64,000 bases of DNA, taken from contig JAWQFM010000003.1 in assembly GCA_033442325.1 (NCBI GenBank), forward strand, positions 518,906 to 582,905, read 5' to 3'. Below, one piece after another: positions 17,985 to 33,749 of this stretch (positions are counted from its first letter, which is position 1; the number at the start of each line of letters is the position of its first letter). The DNA comes from Salpingoeca rosetta (lineage: Eukaryota; Protista; Choanoflagellata). The notes under the pieces are model-generated. The model ran no database searches. It was not told the DNA's origin and saw only the letters and a list, made by a program, of their open reading frames with translations. Both the position numbers and the translations under genes were made by a program.

Positions 17985-19062
17985 TATGCACACACATATG
18001 CACAGACACAAACACAAACACATACACACGCGCGCGCGCAGAAGCGACGCTCCAACTCAGTGGTTCCAAAACCGAAAACGTACAGAGAGGTTGAACGTGG
18101 CCAAGAAAGTTCGGCCAGAGAACTGCTCAATCACAGCTTTGCTCCCATCAGGGCTCTGCTTCAACACGTAGTATGTGACCTTGGGACCCTTGACCTTCTT
18201 CGCACCTGCGAATCGCAATTTCATACATCAATTCAGCACCATGAATACAATCATGGGAAAAGGGGGAAAGGAACAGAAAAACAAGGAGGAGAGCGAAGGG
18301 GAAGGGAAAGAAAAGGGGAAGGAAGGAAACCTCAACAGCCAAGGAGAGCATCATGCGCGCGTGTGCGCATTGTGTGTGCTGCAACATGCGTCTGCTCTCG
18401 ATTGCCTTCAACCCAGCTTCTTAAGAGCCGCTCCAACACATAGGAAAGAGGAAAGCCCAAGCAAGCCCACATGACACACACACACACACACGACACTCAC
18501 GACACTCACGACACTCACGACACACACGACACACACACACACACCCGACACTCACGACACTCACGACACACACACACACACACACACCTGACTCACACAC
18601 ACACGACACTCACGACACACACACACACACACACACCTGACGCGAGGTAGCCTTCCATGACAATCAGCCAGTCTGCCGTCTCTGCAGGGAATGTGAGCAT
18701 TTGGGACATTTGCCCCTGCACCTGCCCACCCGTCTGAGGTTGGTCAGATCAAGCCATCAAATCAAATCCCCCACCCCCAACAGCATTGACAAGGTGTATG
18801 GTCATGACAACACAAGGTGAGCCAATAACAGCGCACTATGGAGCATCTTCTGTGTCTCCGAAATACATAAATACATGCATCAGAAAGGAGTTTCCGTCGT
18901 CAAAAGCATTCACACACACACACACAACACACGCACGCACATGCACACAACACACAGCACAACACACGCATGCACATGCACACACGCACGCAACTCCTCA
19001 TGTGTGTCCACCACGCCATCACCCATCGTCGTCCGTGCCCACACCTCGATCAGCTCGCTCAT
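17071..19062 (-). CDS. Small PH-domain-like protein, about 5 exons; 5' end tentative
   Basis: Phase-consistent exons give (MSELIE)[84 protein letters not shown]. The EGYL strand, YYVL strand and C-terminal Trp helix are typical of PH domains. Confidence 0.7.
18471..18636. repeat. CACGACACT / (CA)n compound repeat in an intron of the PH gene
   Basis: Repeated 9-nt CACGACACT units interspersed with CA runs. Confidence 0.8.
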
Positions 19063-19271
19063 GTCGCTCTATGGTGATGATGATGATCGGCGTGAATGTT
19101 TGTGGCAGACTGAATTCAGTCGATGACACATTCCCACACGCCAGGCCAAAAAGCAAGCCCAACACCACCTTCAAGGCACAGACAACACAAGCAACGCTGG
19201 CTGGCTGGCCACCACCACTTCGTTCCATTCCTGCCTTCCCTTCAATTCGCCAAGACACACATCAAACCGAC

Positions 19272-19401
<130 letters not shown>

Positions 19402-19425
19402 CGACCACGCGGCGACAACCCGCAA

Positions 19426-21558
19426 ATGGCTGGTGGTGGGCTGGCGTGCCGGCAATGGAAATGCTTGCTCCTGGTCATCGGCGGTCTGGTCATCGGCGGC
19501 TGCTTCCTCACCTTGCACGAGCACATGTCCCAAGGCAGCCGCGTCACCAGGAACACCATCGCCGTCGCCACCCCTTCAACCCCCACCCCCAGCTTCGCAA
19601 ACACTCATCTCCAAGTCTCCCCAGGAACAGCAGCTGGCACACACAGCCACAACGACGAAGAAGAAGGAGAAGGAGAAGACGCATCAGAGACAGCTGCAGC
19701 AAAGCCATGGAAGCAGCGACTCGAACGACAGCAACATCTCCGCCAACTGCACCAGCAAGGTCAACGACAGCCCTTGCCCATTGCACCACAGGCCATGCTG
19801 CAGCGACTGCACTCAGCACTGCCAGATGATGATGGCAGAATGGGCGATCGCACCGCTGCGTTGGCTGCAGTGTCGTCGCTGCCTTTGGAAAGCATGCCAC
19901 CAAAAGTATGCATCCTCGGCAATGCAGAGACCTCCAAGGCTGCCGTTCGCGTGCACCAAATGTGGGACAGTGCCTTCACATCGTGCTGGTATGTGTGGGA
20001 CGAGCCCGACCCCAACCCCAACGTACAGCAGCCAGCCAACATGCACATCCCGCAGCGGTCCAAGAAGAGCGACTCGCTTCCGTTTGCAGACGGCATCCAC
20101 CTATGCCTCAAGCACTTGCGCAGTCTCCCCACGGCCACATGTGACTACTTCTTCACCCATGACGACGACCTGGTCTTTCATCTCGACCCAAACTGGAAGT
20201 CAAAGCTGGCTACCTCCTCAATCCCCTTGCCTTGCCAGCAGCAGCACCAGCAACGCCCCCACAACACAAACACCAACACCGACACCAACACCGACACCGA
20301 CACAAACACCGACACAAACATCAACATCGCCACCAACACAGTCGCAAACACCGACGCCAAGAACACCAAGAGCCCTGGCACGCCCAGGTTGCCCGAGGTG
20401 CTCACGTGCGTGCTCGCAGCGTTTCAGCCGGCGGTTGCCTCATTCCCGTGGGATGTTGGCCTGGACCGGTTCGAAGGCGTCAAGGCCATCGCAGACGCAT
20501 ACGCAGCGCATGCCGTGGCGCCGCTAAGCGGGTTTGACAACGGCATGGTTGTCTACCACGCGTCCATTGTAGACTTCTTCATCCCCTTTGCCCCGCGTGG
20601 CGAGGGCGGATACACAGGCAAGTGGACGCTGGGTGCGCACTTCCTGCAGCTGTTTGCCCCGGAGGTGTTTGGCGGCCACGCCCTGAGCATCACCGCCCTG
20701 CGCTACAACAACACCATCAACCTCGACCTTGTCAGCACCCAGCGCAAGCGCGCGTCCCGCAAGGTGGTGGGCAACCTCGTCTACCACGAAGGCGTGCGCC
20801 ACCCGTACGAGTACAAGCTCAACGACAGATACGTCGCCTTCCTCGGCACGGGCATGAAGCAGCCCACCGCCCGCACGGGTCGCGACCTCACCCCTGCAGA
20901 CGTCCCATCGCCAGCGCGCGGCAGCGCGTCGCTGTACACGCCGCCGTGGGTGGTGGCCCGCATCAACGCCTTTTACGACCTGCGCAGCGAAGCGCTGGGA
21001 AACAACGCGTACCTCGCCGCACAGCCGCGCCAGCTGCTGGTCAAGGCCATCGCTGAGACGCCGATCCACGTCGCCGTGCACATGTTCGTGTACGAGCGCA
21101 TGGACCTGTTTGAGCAGGTGTGGGCGGACCTGAACGGCGCCATCGTGCCCTCAGCAGCCATTGGCCAGCCGGGCGTCTCGTTCACCATCCACATCCACTA
21201 CGACAACCACAACCTGCAACACCTTGATGCGCTGCTGGGCCTGCGCTCAAAGCTTGGGCCCGTGCACGTCTCCCCACGCGTCCAGCACGCCGGGCTGCGC
21301 ACCAACATCCTGGAAAGCGGCGCCGCGGCGCACGCAGACACGTTCTTCCTCATGCTTGAAGACGACCTGCGGCTGTCGCGATGGGCACTCGTGTACACGG
21401 TGGCCGCCATTCGTGGCGCGTTCTACACCCCGAGCCCGCCCTCTCCCTGGCTCATTGGCGTCTCCCTGTATGCACAGGTGTTCTCCGAGGCCGCGGAGGA
21501 CTTCCTGTTTGACGTGGCTCTGCCGCAGCACGACAGCAACACCACAAGCAGCAGCAGC

Positions 21559-21644
<86 letters not shown>

Positions 21645-23292
21645 ACAAGGGGAGGGTGATGCTGGCCTGTCCATGTTCTTGTGGCAGCAGCCGCAGAGCT
21701 GGGGCGCTGTGTATCATGGCATGGCATGGACACGGTTTGTCAAGTGGTACCGTGCACAGTCGAGTCAGAGCAGCAGTGGTACGGCAACAAGCGACAGCGA
21801 GTTTCTTGTGCCGTGCTCCTTCACCAACCGCTGGCCCGCCACCACCAGCTGGAAGAAGGCATTGGTTCGCTTCATGGCGGAGAACAACCTCCGCCTTCTC
21901 TACCCTCGATTGCCGCACCGCCTCTCCTTCGCCGTCAACTCGCTTGGCATTGGCGTCAACGATCGTGCAAAGGCACAAAGCGCAGCGCGGAAGCGGCTGG
22001 AAGACCGCTTGCTCCTGCACGCGATTGAGGACAGGCACCTCCCACTCGTCCTCGACACCAACGCGTTCCCATCACCATCGTCGTCATCGTCATCGTTGTC
22101 TTCTTCTTCGCATGATGACGGTGCAGCTGCTGCTGCTGTGGTGTCTCCCACCATCAACAACGACCGCAACAGGGCCGTGGCGCTGGCTTTTGCAGAGCGC
22201 GTGACGCAGACGCGCATGGCAGCGTTGCCTGTGGTGCCAGTCACCGGCACGCTCATGCAGCCGTCATCATCGTCATCATCATCGTCATCATCATCGTCAT
22301 CATCAACAGCAGCAGCAGCAGCATCGCCGTCACTGTCATCGCCGATTGAGTTGTGTGAGGGCTCCAAGGTGGATGCGTTTGATGCGTGCACCATCCTCTT
22401 CCACGCACACACACGCAGTGCTGGCGAGAATGCGGATGCGGTGCGGCGCTGGACAAACTGGAAGCGCTCTGGGGCTGTGCTGGTCATTGGTTCCGCTGAC
22501 ACCATCGCTGACCTGGAGGCTGAGCTCGGCGCGAAACTGCCGCCACGTGTGCAGCTGTTCAAGTACGAGGGCGGGAGCATGGGCATGGCGGACGCGTGGT
22601 TCCTGCTGTCGCCCGACCTGATGCAAGCGCTGCATGGCACCAAGCATGATTGCACCATCTTGCATGACGACGAGGCAGCGTTCACCATCGCCGATGCCAC
22701 ATACGCGCGCGGCACGTGGCAGGGCCACTTCTTCGACAACATTGTCGGGCTGTCGTACCTGTCCCGCGCTCACGAGCACAAGACTGCAGCGGGGAGCGAG
22801 CAGTGGTCCGTGATTCGCCGAAGCACGCACGCCGTGTCGCTGCTGCTGCCCGGGGCGCTGGTTGTGCACAAGCGGCACCTGTTTGAGCTCAGGGAGCAGC
22901 ACGCCGGGTGGATCAGGGAGCATGCGTCGTGCGGTGGCATGATGCTCAACGCGTTTGTTGCACAGCGCCGCAGCAGCGCGTGCCCCGTGGTGGTGTGGCG
23001 TTGGCTGACTCCCGACGAAAAGTCGGAGCTTCCAAGACGCAGCTACGAGCAGCCATCCTTCCTGGAAGCCCAGAGCAAATGCCTCACCCTCGCCATGGAC
23101 AGGCTCGCCAAACATGCAGCTGCTGCTGCTGTCGCTGCAGCGACCGCGGAAGATAACGGCGGGCAGGGTGGTGGCGTGCACCGAGTGCGCCTGGAGTACA
23201 CCATGGCTGCAGCCGACCCGAAGCGGAGCTACGGCTCCTCCACACGCTTTGCAGGACGCACCTTCCTCAAGTGCTCTGCCACGTCTGAATAG
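19426..23292 (+). CDS. Intronless type II membrane protein with three putative GT-A-fold glycosyltransferase modules (last one EXTL/GT64-like)
   Basis: ATG at 19426 followed by a TM segment (CLLLVIGGLVIGGCFLTL) and a stem. Module 1: CDYFFTHDDDLVF..SGFDNGMVVYH. Module 2: FLMLEDDLRLS..IGVSLY..FLWQQPQSWGAV..SWKKALVRFM..LLYP. Module 3: ILHDDE..WQGHFFDNIVG..RAH..SLLLPGALVVHKRHL..CGGMMLNAFVA. Confidence 0.75.
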
Positions 23293-23428
23293 CCGCAACA
23301 CCTGAATCGCTGGGATGCGTGTGCACGGTGTGGTTGCTGTTGTTTGCTGTTGCGCAACTGTTCCTGTTATTAGTGTTGAGTAGGATGCACTCGGGCAGGA
23401 TAGGAGTCGACATGGTTGAATTGTGGTG

Positions 23429-23470
<42 letters not shown>

Positions 23471-23817
23471 TATTGAACAACAGGTGCGCCTGATGTAGGT
23501 TTGCGTGAAGCTTCTCTGTTATTTGGTCTGAGAAACGAAATGAAACTCTTAAGCGCACATGCAGAATTCCAACAACAGCCAGACACAGGCTCACAACACT
23601 TCGATACAAAGAGTCGTAAAGCACGCGACGATGACGCACGAACAATTACAAACACAACGGCACACATAACAACGGCATCATGTTCCAAGAAAAACAAATA
23701 GGGTTGTGGTGGTGCAAGCGCAGAGCAGCACGAAATGACACACGACACACTGAAAATGACAACCAAACGCAACAAGCACGAAGTATCCAGCACCCAGCTC
23801 GCCACTGGTGCTGTCGG

Positions 23818-24017
23818 CTACTCGTCATCGCTCATGTCGTCCTCGATGGGGTCTGCACTCCCTTCATCGCCGTCGCCGCTGCTTGTCAAGTCCATCTGCA
23901 GCATCAACGACCGCTTGGCACGACGGTGCCGCGACAGCTGAGCGTGTGTGCGTGCGTGTGTGTGCGTGCGTGTGTGTGTGTGTGTGTGTTTGTGTGCGTG
24001 CGTGTGCATGCGTGTGC

Positions 24018-24077
<60 letters not shown>

Positions 24078-24457
24078 TGTGAGGGAGAGAAGAGAGAGAC
24101 TTGGGGAGAGCGTCGCACAGGCAGAGGGACAGAGGGGGAGAACACATGCACGCACGCACGCACGCACGCGCAAGTGCATTGGAATATAACGACCGACCGA
24201 ATCACCCGAGCACAACAGCGAACCAAACCACCATCAACTGTCCACATCCTTGATGTTGTACCTTCGTGGGTGGCTCGTCTTCCTCATGCTCATCCATGGC
24301 ATCACCATCGTCATCGTCGACAATGGGGTCTTCCTCAAGAACGGGGCGGCGACGCGTTGTCTTGGCTGTAATGTAATCAGCAGGACCAAAGCAGCACATA
24401 TCAGTGAGCATCGTAACACATAACGCACAGGTCACGGCAAGGACGTCACGCGCACCC

Positions 24458-24548
<91 letters not shown>

Positions 24549-24647
24549 CGAACCTTGCTTGACAGGAGAAATCCAGTCGTCTTCTGTGTCATCTCCATCT
24601 GCGCCCTCCAAATGCGTCTGCTTTAAGTTGCCCCAATATGACTTGAG

Positions 24648-24724
<77 letters not shown>

Positions 24725-25047
24725 TGAGTGAGTGAGAGAGACGCAGAGGGACAAGGTAGGTGCAGGATAGGTTGCACAAACTGAAACACGTCACACAGCC
24801 GTCAACACATTACACTTCCACGCCAGCCAGAGAGACCCTGCAACACCGTACAGTCATACAATACGGCAAGGAATGACTAAAGGACGCAAAGACCAACACA
24901 AACCTGGGTTGGCAAGTTGACTTGAGTCCTCCACATCCTCAATGCTCTCGTCAGCTGCGCGCCGCTTTGCACCGCCAGAACGGCGACGGCGCGATCCTTT
25001 CTTCGCCGACGCCGTCGGGGTGCGCCGCTTCCGGTCTGCTCATCAGT

Positions 25048-25114
<67 letters not shown>

Positions 25115-25855
25115 TGTGTGAGTGTGTGAGTGTGTGAGTGTGTGTGTATGTGAAGTTGGGGACAGTTGCTTCCTTTGCTTCCTCATGTCAAACACATGCG
25201 GGTGGAACAGCACCATTACAGCCGTCAACCACCTCCATCACCACATACTTGAGCCGGGCGTCTTGGGCATGTTGCGTTTGCCAGAGAGCGTGTTGCACAG
25301 CAACGTGTAGGGCACCCACTCCTCTGTCTCCTGTGGGTGCAACTGGCGCATGTCTACAACATTGCTCAAGTAATCGCGCAGCTTTGTTTTGTCCTGCAAA
25401 ACGACAAACACACACACAACCAAGCGCAAAACCCAATGACGCGTGAGCACAAACCGCCTCGCAAAATGCACGAAACGAAACGCACTCGATGCAGATAAAC
25501 CCCTTGAGCACACACACAAGACCACACACACAAGACCACACACAAACACACACACACAGAAGGGAAGTGTAGATGTACAGAGCATACGCTACGCTCGAAA
25601 AAGTGTTCACACGATACCTGAGCAGCAAGCTTCATGGTAAACTCCTTGACCACTTCCAGGAAGGGAAGGTTGGTAGGCACACCTCCCTCATCTGCAGCCG
25701 CAAGTGCAAAGGAGATGCCGCGACTACCAGCGGGGAACGAGGTGGCAGATGATATTCGAATCAAATGGCGTGAGCAAGGAAGCAAATGTGCACAGCCATC
25801 GATACGACGTCAGACTTTCACAACCAAGCTTCACAAGCAGTCACACAAACACGCA

Positions 25856-25887
<32 letters not shown>

Positions 25888-28800
25888 CAGAGTAACATGC
25901 ACAAATGTACACACACACTCAGTCACTGCCTCACATACGTGTGCAAGTTGACAATTTCCTGGCGATAGCGCTTGTGCTCGATGCCAAACGTCAATGCCAA
26001 CCGCTTGGCAACTTCTCGCATGTCTTCCGTCACCTCCTGCTCCTCTTGGTACCACTGCACCCGCAGACACCATGTAGTTCTTGATATGAGACGCAACGAG
26101 GAGACTGGGGTCACCTAAAGTATCAAGGCTTCATTGCCCTTCGCAAACACGCACACATGCACGCTCGCACACGCACAACGCATGCACGCCACACAAACGC
26201 ATGCCCACACGTCACACATGTGCGTGCACATGCAAAAGTGACACCTGCTTGAGGCCCTCGATGAGAAGTTGGCTGTAGGCGCGCTTGTCGTTGGTGCGGA
26301 TGGACGCCAGCGTCGCCTTGAGCAACGGCGTCACGTCATCCTGTACCAGCGCAACGCCACAGCACCATATTGTTCGTATCAGAACACGGGCAGGTGGAGA
26401 TGGATGAGGAAGAGGAAGAGAGGAAGAGAGGAAGAGGTGGTGGCGGTGGTGGTAGCGGACGAGATTATGCGCAGGTACACACTCACTGACACACTCCCTG
26501 ACACGACAATGGTTTGCCAACCCAACTTGACATGCAGTCGCACCTCCAGGTAGAAGCGGAGAAGGGGGCCCATGTTGCTTGGAGAGATGGCATTGACGGC
26601 CACGAGACGGCAGAAGCACGTCAAAATGTCCTTGCGAACCTCAATCTCATCTGCTCAGCATCAAACGCACAAGTGTGTGTGTGTGTGTGTGTGTGAATAA
26701 GCCAGCTGCCCGCCGTTGGGAACCAACCCATACACAACTGCGAACGCCACAAACACGAAGAAAAAAAACACACACACACACACAAGCATCAAAACAACCA
26801 CATACATGTGACTCACACAGACGTACCCACACAAGCACGCACACAAGCAAACAAGTACCTTGCTGCTTGAAGCGCTGGGCAACGTCGGCATCTTCGGGAA
26901 TGGTTGGCACGCCTGCGCGGAGAACATCGGTGACAAAGGAGAGCGCCTTCTCTTGCGTGGACGGTTTGGGCACAAACGACCACGTCACCGCTGTTGCCGC
27001 TGTCGCCTCTGCAAGGGCGCTTGGTGTGGCTGCGTAGAGATACACGACGTGCGAGATGAGCTGCAGAGCGGCAACCTTGACATCCTTCGTGCCAATGCCC
27101 AGCAGGGTGGAAGCGGCCTTCACCAGGCGGTCGCGCGTGCGCACGTGGGCCACAAGCAGCTCCTAGCACACCCGCAACAGCACGAGCATGAGTGTGTAAT
27201 TGTGAACGCAAATGTGTTTGTGGATGCGAACGTGAACGTAATTTGCATATGTGAACGTCAACGTGATTGTGTGTGTGTGTGATTGTGATTGTGATTGTGA
27301 TTGTGATTGTGATTGTGATTGTGAACGTAACTTGCGTATGTGTGTGAGGCGAGGAAGAGATGGAGGAGCGGGTGGAGAAATAAAAGGACAAGGAGGGAGA
27401 AGGAAGAGAAGGGAGCGCATTGCATGCATGTCAAACTGTCACGCACACGCTGCAAGCACACCGGACCTCATCTGGGGTGTCCTCGTCTGTCAAGTGCTCA
27501 ATGTCACAGGCAAGAACAAACAGCGACAAGTCCAGCGCGGAGCAGAGCGTCTGCAATAGTGTGGATGGCATAATTCGCAGTGAGAAACGTGCCGTTGTAC
27601 ATCAACCGCAACAACAGTATGCACCAAAAGAACGCGCACACACGCACACGCATATATTCACTCACATGCACAAGCACACGCACATATATTCACACACATG
27701 CACAACCACACACGCACACACACACCAACCTCGGAGAGGACGGCCTGGGATGCGGCTGCCTCAAGCACTTTCGCGATGGGCGCAGCGAGACGCAGGGACT
27801 GCACGTCATACGATCTATGAACAAAACACAACAGCGGGACAATGCACAAGAGAGCAAGCAAGCACACGACACGTGAGTTCAACGACCAGAATGTGTGGGG
27901 AAGAAGACGAAACCACATCAACGCACAAACGCATCAACCACCCCACCACCCAACAAACTGACGGAAACACTTCACACTCATCCAGGTTTTTCACCTTCAT
28001 CTTCTCTCCCCCGCCCCCAACACGCACACACACACACACGCACACACGCACACGCACACACGCACACGCACACACACTACCAATGCGACATACTCTGCAT
28101 ATGCGCGGAGCCGGGCCATGCACGCAGTGAGCCTGTAGCCTTCCTCGCTCTTGGTCTCGTCTTCATCATCGTCCTAACCAAAACCGGGGGCGAGCAGACA
28201 GTTGAGTCACACATGAGCACAAGGAAGGGCACACAAACACTGTTTCACACACACTCACTTCCATGAACACACGTGAGCACAGGCAAAGACACAATCAAAC
28301 TCATAAACAAACCTCTGGCACTTCAATATCGATGATGGTGTGCAACGTCTTGCAGACTTGATCCGTGATTTGCTCCACAAATGTTTCCTGTCCAAGTTGT
28401 CATTTGGTGTGAGCACGCGTGCCGACTCAACTCCTCGCACACAAGAGCGCGCGCACACACACACACACATACGCTTACCCATGCACATTCAAACACGCAC
28501 TGACGTGAAACATGCATTCACTCACGTGAACATACACATGAGCATACATTCGCCCTCGCACATACACATGCAGATGCGCAAACAACCCCACAGACAAAGT
28601 GGCAGCAGCCTACCGCTTCCGTGGCCAGCGCAAGTTCGGAGGACGTGAAGAAGTAGAAGGAGGACATGCACTCGTGCAACAGGTTTGAGTCTGTGTGTAG
28701 CAGACAAATGTCTCGGAGGATGGTAAGGGTGCGCGTGAGCACCTCTGGATGCTGTGTGTACATGTCCATCTCAAAGTACTGCGGGATCTGCACCAGCGCC

Positions 28801-29288
28801 CGCGACTTTGGCGCATCCGCAGCAAACTGGACCAAAAACAGTTGTATGAAATGAGGCAGAGGGGCCACGAGTGGCAACAACGGCGGTTGATAGTTGTGTG
28901 AGTAGAAATAAGGACGAGGTCACACACACACAACAAAACAAAACACAACCAACACACACACGCACACACAGCACGAAAGAACACACACACACAACACGAC
29001 AGAACACGACAACACGACAGAACAGAACAGAACAGAACACACACACAGTCCAAAACACAACACACACACGCACAAATACAAGACCCGACGCACCTTTGAC
29101 AAGAGACCGGGGAGGGGCTTGAGGAACGCCTTTGTGACGTCTTGCACCGCAGCATCGGCTTCCTTCTGCTTCACTTTCTCGTCGCGGAAGTTTCCTTCAC
29201 CTGCATGGCGTGAGCACCACAGAAGGGGGCTGAGCTTGTGTACACTTGTATGCGCAGAGAAAGAGCAAATGCACGCGCACGACACATG

Positions 29289-29333
<45 letters not shown>

Positions 29334-30695
29334 TCACACACACGCACACACACACACACATACATACACACAGAGCACTCGCACACATGATTTCAAGGCA
29401 TTGTCCCAGCGCACGAACCTGTTGCGCGCTTGATGGCGCCAACAAGAAGCTCGGCCAAGATGACTTCTTCCGCAGATGCAAGGCGCGTGTCTGCAAGCCA
29501 CAATGTACACACACAATGCACCCAGACAAACGTGCGCGTACAGATAAAACCGTGAGTGCATGCGTGTCGTGCGTGTATGTGCGCCGGTTGGTGCTGTTGG
29601 GACAGCGAGCAGCATGACTACAAATGTGAGCAGGCATCTGCGAGCATCAAAAAAAAAAAAAAAAAAAAAGGCAAACCAAACACACGCACCAGTGAAGCCC
29701 TGGTCTTCGTCCTTGTCAATGTTGTTGTCCTGCTCCAACAGATCAACGTACGTCGACCATGACTGGACACAAGCCCCCACACACGTGCACGCACACAAGC
29801 ACACGCACACGCAAAGGAAACAAATGAGATTCGCTTTGGATGCGTTGATCCGCTCTTCAAACACAACCAAACCAGGAGCACACACGCGCACACACGCACA
29901 CACGCACACACACGCGCACCCCCCCCCCACACACACACACACACGCGCACATACGCACAAATACGCACACACGCACATACGCACACGCATGCAACGCACA
30001 GAGAGAGCAAACTCACGTGAATGGCGGGGAGATGGTCCCAAACGGCATCGACAAAGAGCCCGTAGCGCTCCGAGCCGTGGTTGTCACCGTACTGCGCAAT
30101 AAAGCGAACGATCGTTTGGATCAAGAGGCGAAGCTCGTGCTCCTGGAACCGGTTTCAAAAGCAATGGCGCGTGCATGGTGTGAGAGACGGGCAGAAAACG
30201 GGAGCGACAAAATTTACACAGTCGAAGACACACACACACGCACACGCACACGCACATACACACAGAGAGATGTGCAGTAGCAAGACCTCGTCGTGCTCAT
30301 CCTCGGCGCAGAGCTCCTGCAGCTGCGCAATCAGCGTGTGCACAAGGTGCGCCCCAGCCTGTACATGCACACAATAACAACACATCGTTTTGTAGTGAGC
30401 GAAAGCAGGCCGTCTAGCTCCACTATTGAGTGAGAGCTGAGCCACACAGCACGCCTGCAAGCACACACACACACACGTACAAGCACGCATGCATGCATGC
30501 GCACCTGTCTGGCAACAGCTGGGTTAGCAGCAAAGCAGAGGGCCCAGGGCCGCTTTGTTTCTTCCTCGGCGAGGCGGCCACGTGAGTAGAGCTGCATCAT
30601 CAGCGAGATGATGCGCGAAACCACCGTGTCGCTCGTATCTTGTAGCATGAACAGCAACCGATTCTGCGCAAGGAAGGCGTCGCGCGTGATGGAGG

Positions 30696-30778
<83 letters not shown>

Positions 30779-32026
30779 TGTGATTGCAGAAGCAGAGTGA
30801 CCATTGTACATGTTTCACGGTCAAGCACCATCAAGACCAACGACTCACGCACACACGCATATGCATGCATACATACACCTCGACGTACACAAGCACACAC
30901 GCGCACACAGCACGCACCTTGAACTTTGAGTAGAAGAGGTCGAGGCGCTGGTTCATCTCCTCGTTTGCAAAGAGACGCGTGAGTGTGTCAACAACGCTGA
31001 CGCGCACATCCGCACTGCGATCGTTGAGTTCCCAGCCAAAGTACTTGAGGTACTTGTCGTCAAGAAACATCTCGCTACAAACACATGCGAGCAAAGGGGA
31101 GACAGCCATGGTGAACAAACAAAGGCGGCGGTGGCATTGGTGGTGGTGGCGAACAAGAAGCACAGCAGTGCTGCGGTTAAGATGACACTCGCATGAACGA
31201 ATGGGGGAGAGTATGCTGAAGGGTATGCAGGGTATCCAAGCCCATGTGTTCGTGTGTGTGTGTGTGTGCGTGTGTGTGTGTGTGTGTGTACATGCACACA
31301 CGTGCATATAGATGCACACGCGTACCTGTATTCGGTGACCCATGTCCCCAATTCTTCCATCACGACGACACGAATGTCTGCACTCACGTCCCTGCTCGTT
31401 CCGCAATACAGGAGATGTGCGCATGTGTGTAAGGTGAGGAAAGTCGATGTGGCTTCGACTAGCTGGATCAACTCACAGCACGCATGAGATCATGCACCAA
31501 AACAAAACACAGAAGCTCACACATAAGGAGTACGATCACGCGGACAGTGTAAATACAAACACAATCACCAGACATATGCATGCTGGCACCCCTTGTCCCA
31601 CCCACCCATCCATCCGCACACAGGCACGCACACACGCACATAGACACATCCATCCACACGCACAGGCGCAACACAGAGAAGCACACACGCACGCACACAC
31701 AGAATTCTGACCTGTAGCGATGGATGGCAATGCCTTCAAAGATGAGGGTGAGAATCTCATCCACGCGTTCCTTGCGCATGGATGCTTGCGACATTGCGTC
31801 CTCCACCTCTTCCAGCTTCTTTGCCTCAGCCGTTGTACGCTTTCCTGCCTTCTTTCCCTTCTTCTTCGTTGGTGTCGCAGAGTCTGCCTTCAGCTGGTCA
31901 AACGTCGCCTGGCAACAACACCAACAATAAGTGTGAGCATCACGAACCCACCCAAGCATCACACACACACATAAACACGCACACAGAAAACCAGTTGCAC
32001 AGAAGGAGGACCAGTATGTGTGTGGC

Positions 32027-32082
<56 letters not shown>

Positions 32083-32326
32083 GTGTAGGATGGTTGTACC
32101 TGTGTGTCTTCCACATCTTTTGCCAAGTCCAAGGCCAAGGGAATCAACAGCGTGCCAAGCTTCATGCCTGTGTTGGCCATGAATGAAAGAGTGAGCATGT
32201 GGGTTCATGTTGCGGTTGAGATATTCGAGTGTGTGCTGCACGTTTGTGTTCGAATCCACGTACATTGGTATTCAAATCCACACCAACCGTACCCCTTTCA
32301 CCCTTCACGTGTGTGTGTGTGCGTGC

Positions 32327-32413
<87 letters not shown>

Positions 32414-32633
32414 AGTGCAAGTGGCAAGACCACCACCGCCACCACCACGAGTCTCAACCGCGAAATACCGAAGAAGACGGCGGTGTGGCGGAACGCGCGC
32501 ACTTGCGCGGTTGAAAGCAAGGTCAAAAAGTTGATGAGCGTGTCCGTGAAGTTGTCATCAAACAGAATATCACTTCGCACGCGGTCAATCACGCCCTGCA
32601 GGAATCGAATAGCCTGCGTCTGCAAATAGAGTA

Positions 32634-32707
<74 letters not shown>

Positions 32708-33718
32708 TAAACAATGCAGGAACGATTATGATGCAAGACAATACATACCCGCACACCATCCAGACAACATGCAGACAAGACACAAACAAGACACAGACCT
32801 TGAACTTTCCACTGGACTGCTTGAGTGGGTACTGGCCCATGTTCTCTGGGAACTGAGCAACGAGGTCCACATACGCCGCCCTGAGATCGCTCAAGTTGTT
32901 CTCGTCAATGGCGCCTGCTCGTGCACATAACGACGGATGCAAGAATGCGTTCGACATGTGCCATGTGGTTATGCGTTTGTCGTGTTCATACGTGCACATA
33001 TGCAAAGGTGACCAGCATGGTACAGTGCGAATTCGCGCCAGTGAGCGTGGTACATGGTATGGAGATTGCACACGCGACATTCAGACAACAGGAAATTGGT
33101 CAGAAGCGCGCAAAGCATGCGCCCATGCACTCAACATCACCGCGCGCCACACTGACCTTGGTTGCCGCAGCAGTTGAGAATACAGGTGAGAAGATGGCAA
33201 ATGGCCTGCTCGCGGTCGACTTCGTCGTAGTGGTTGACCCACTTGTCAAGTGCCCGTTTCAGCGTGTTGGCTGTGCCTTTCACACCTTTCATCAGATAGT
33301 TCTGTACATCGCGGCGCGCACAAATCGTTGTCGTCAGGCTACACACAAGAGGTCACAGCGGCACGAGCTCCAACACAAAATCACACACAAGCACACACAA
33401 GCACACACAAGCACACACAAGCACATACACACACACCCGCACGCACGCGCGTGCACGTGCCTACCGAGGAAGTGGTGGCGGCGTTGCTCTGCTTGCTGGA
33501 GGCGCGCTGCTTCTTGCTTTGAGCTTGTTTGCCTTTCTTCTTTGATTTGGCGCGCTTTGGACTTGGTCCCCCCTCCTCAAAGTCGTCATCATCGTCATCA
33601 TCATCATCATCATCGCCATGGTCGTCGTTGTCGCTCTGCTCGTACTCTGACCCCTCTGTGGCGGCTGCGTCATCCTCCGCGCCTTGATCGCCTTCCTCTT
33701 CGTGGTGCAGCTGCTCGA

Positions 33719-33749
<31 letters not shown>

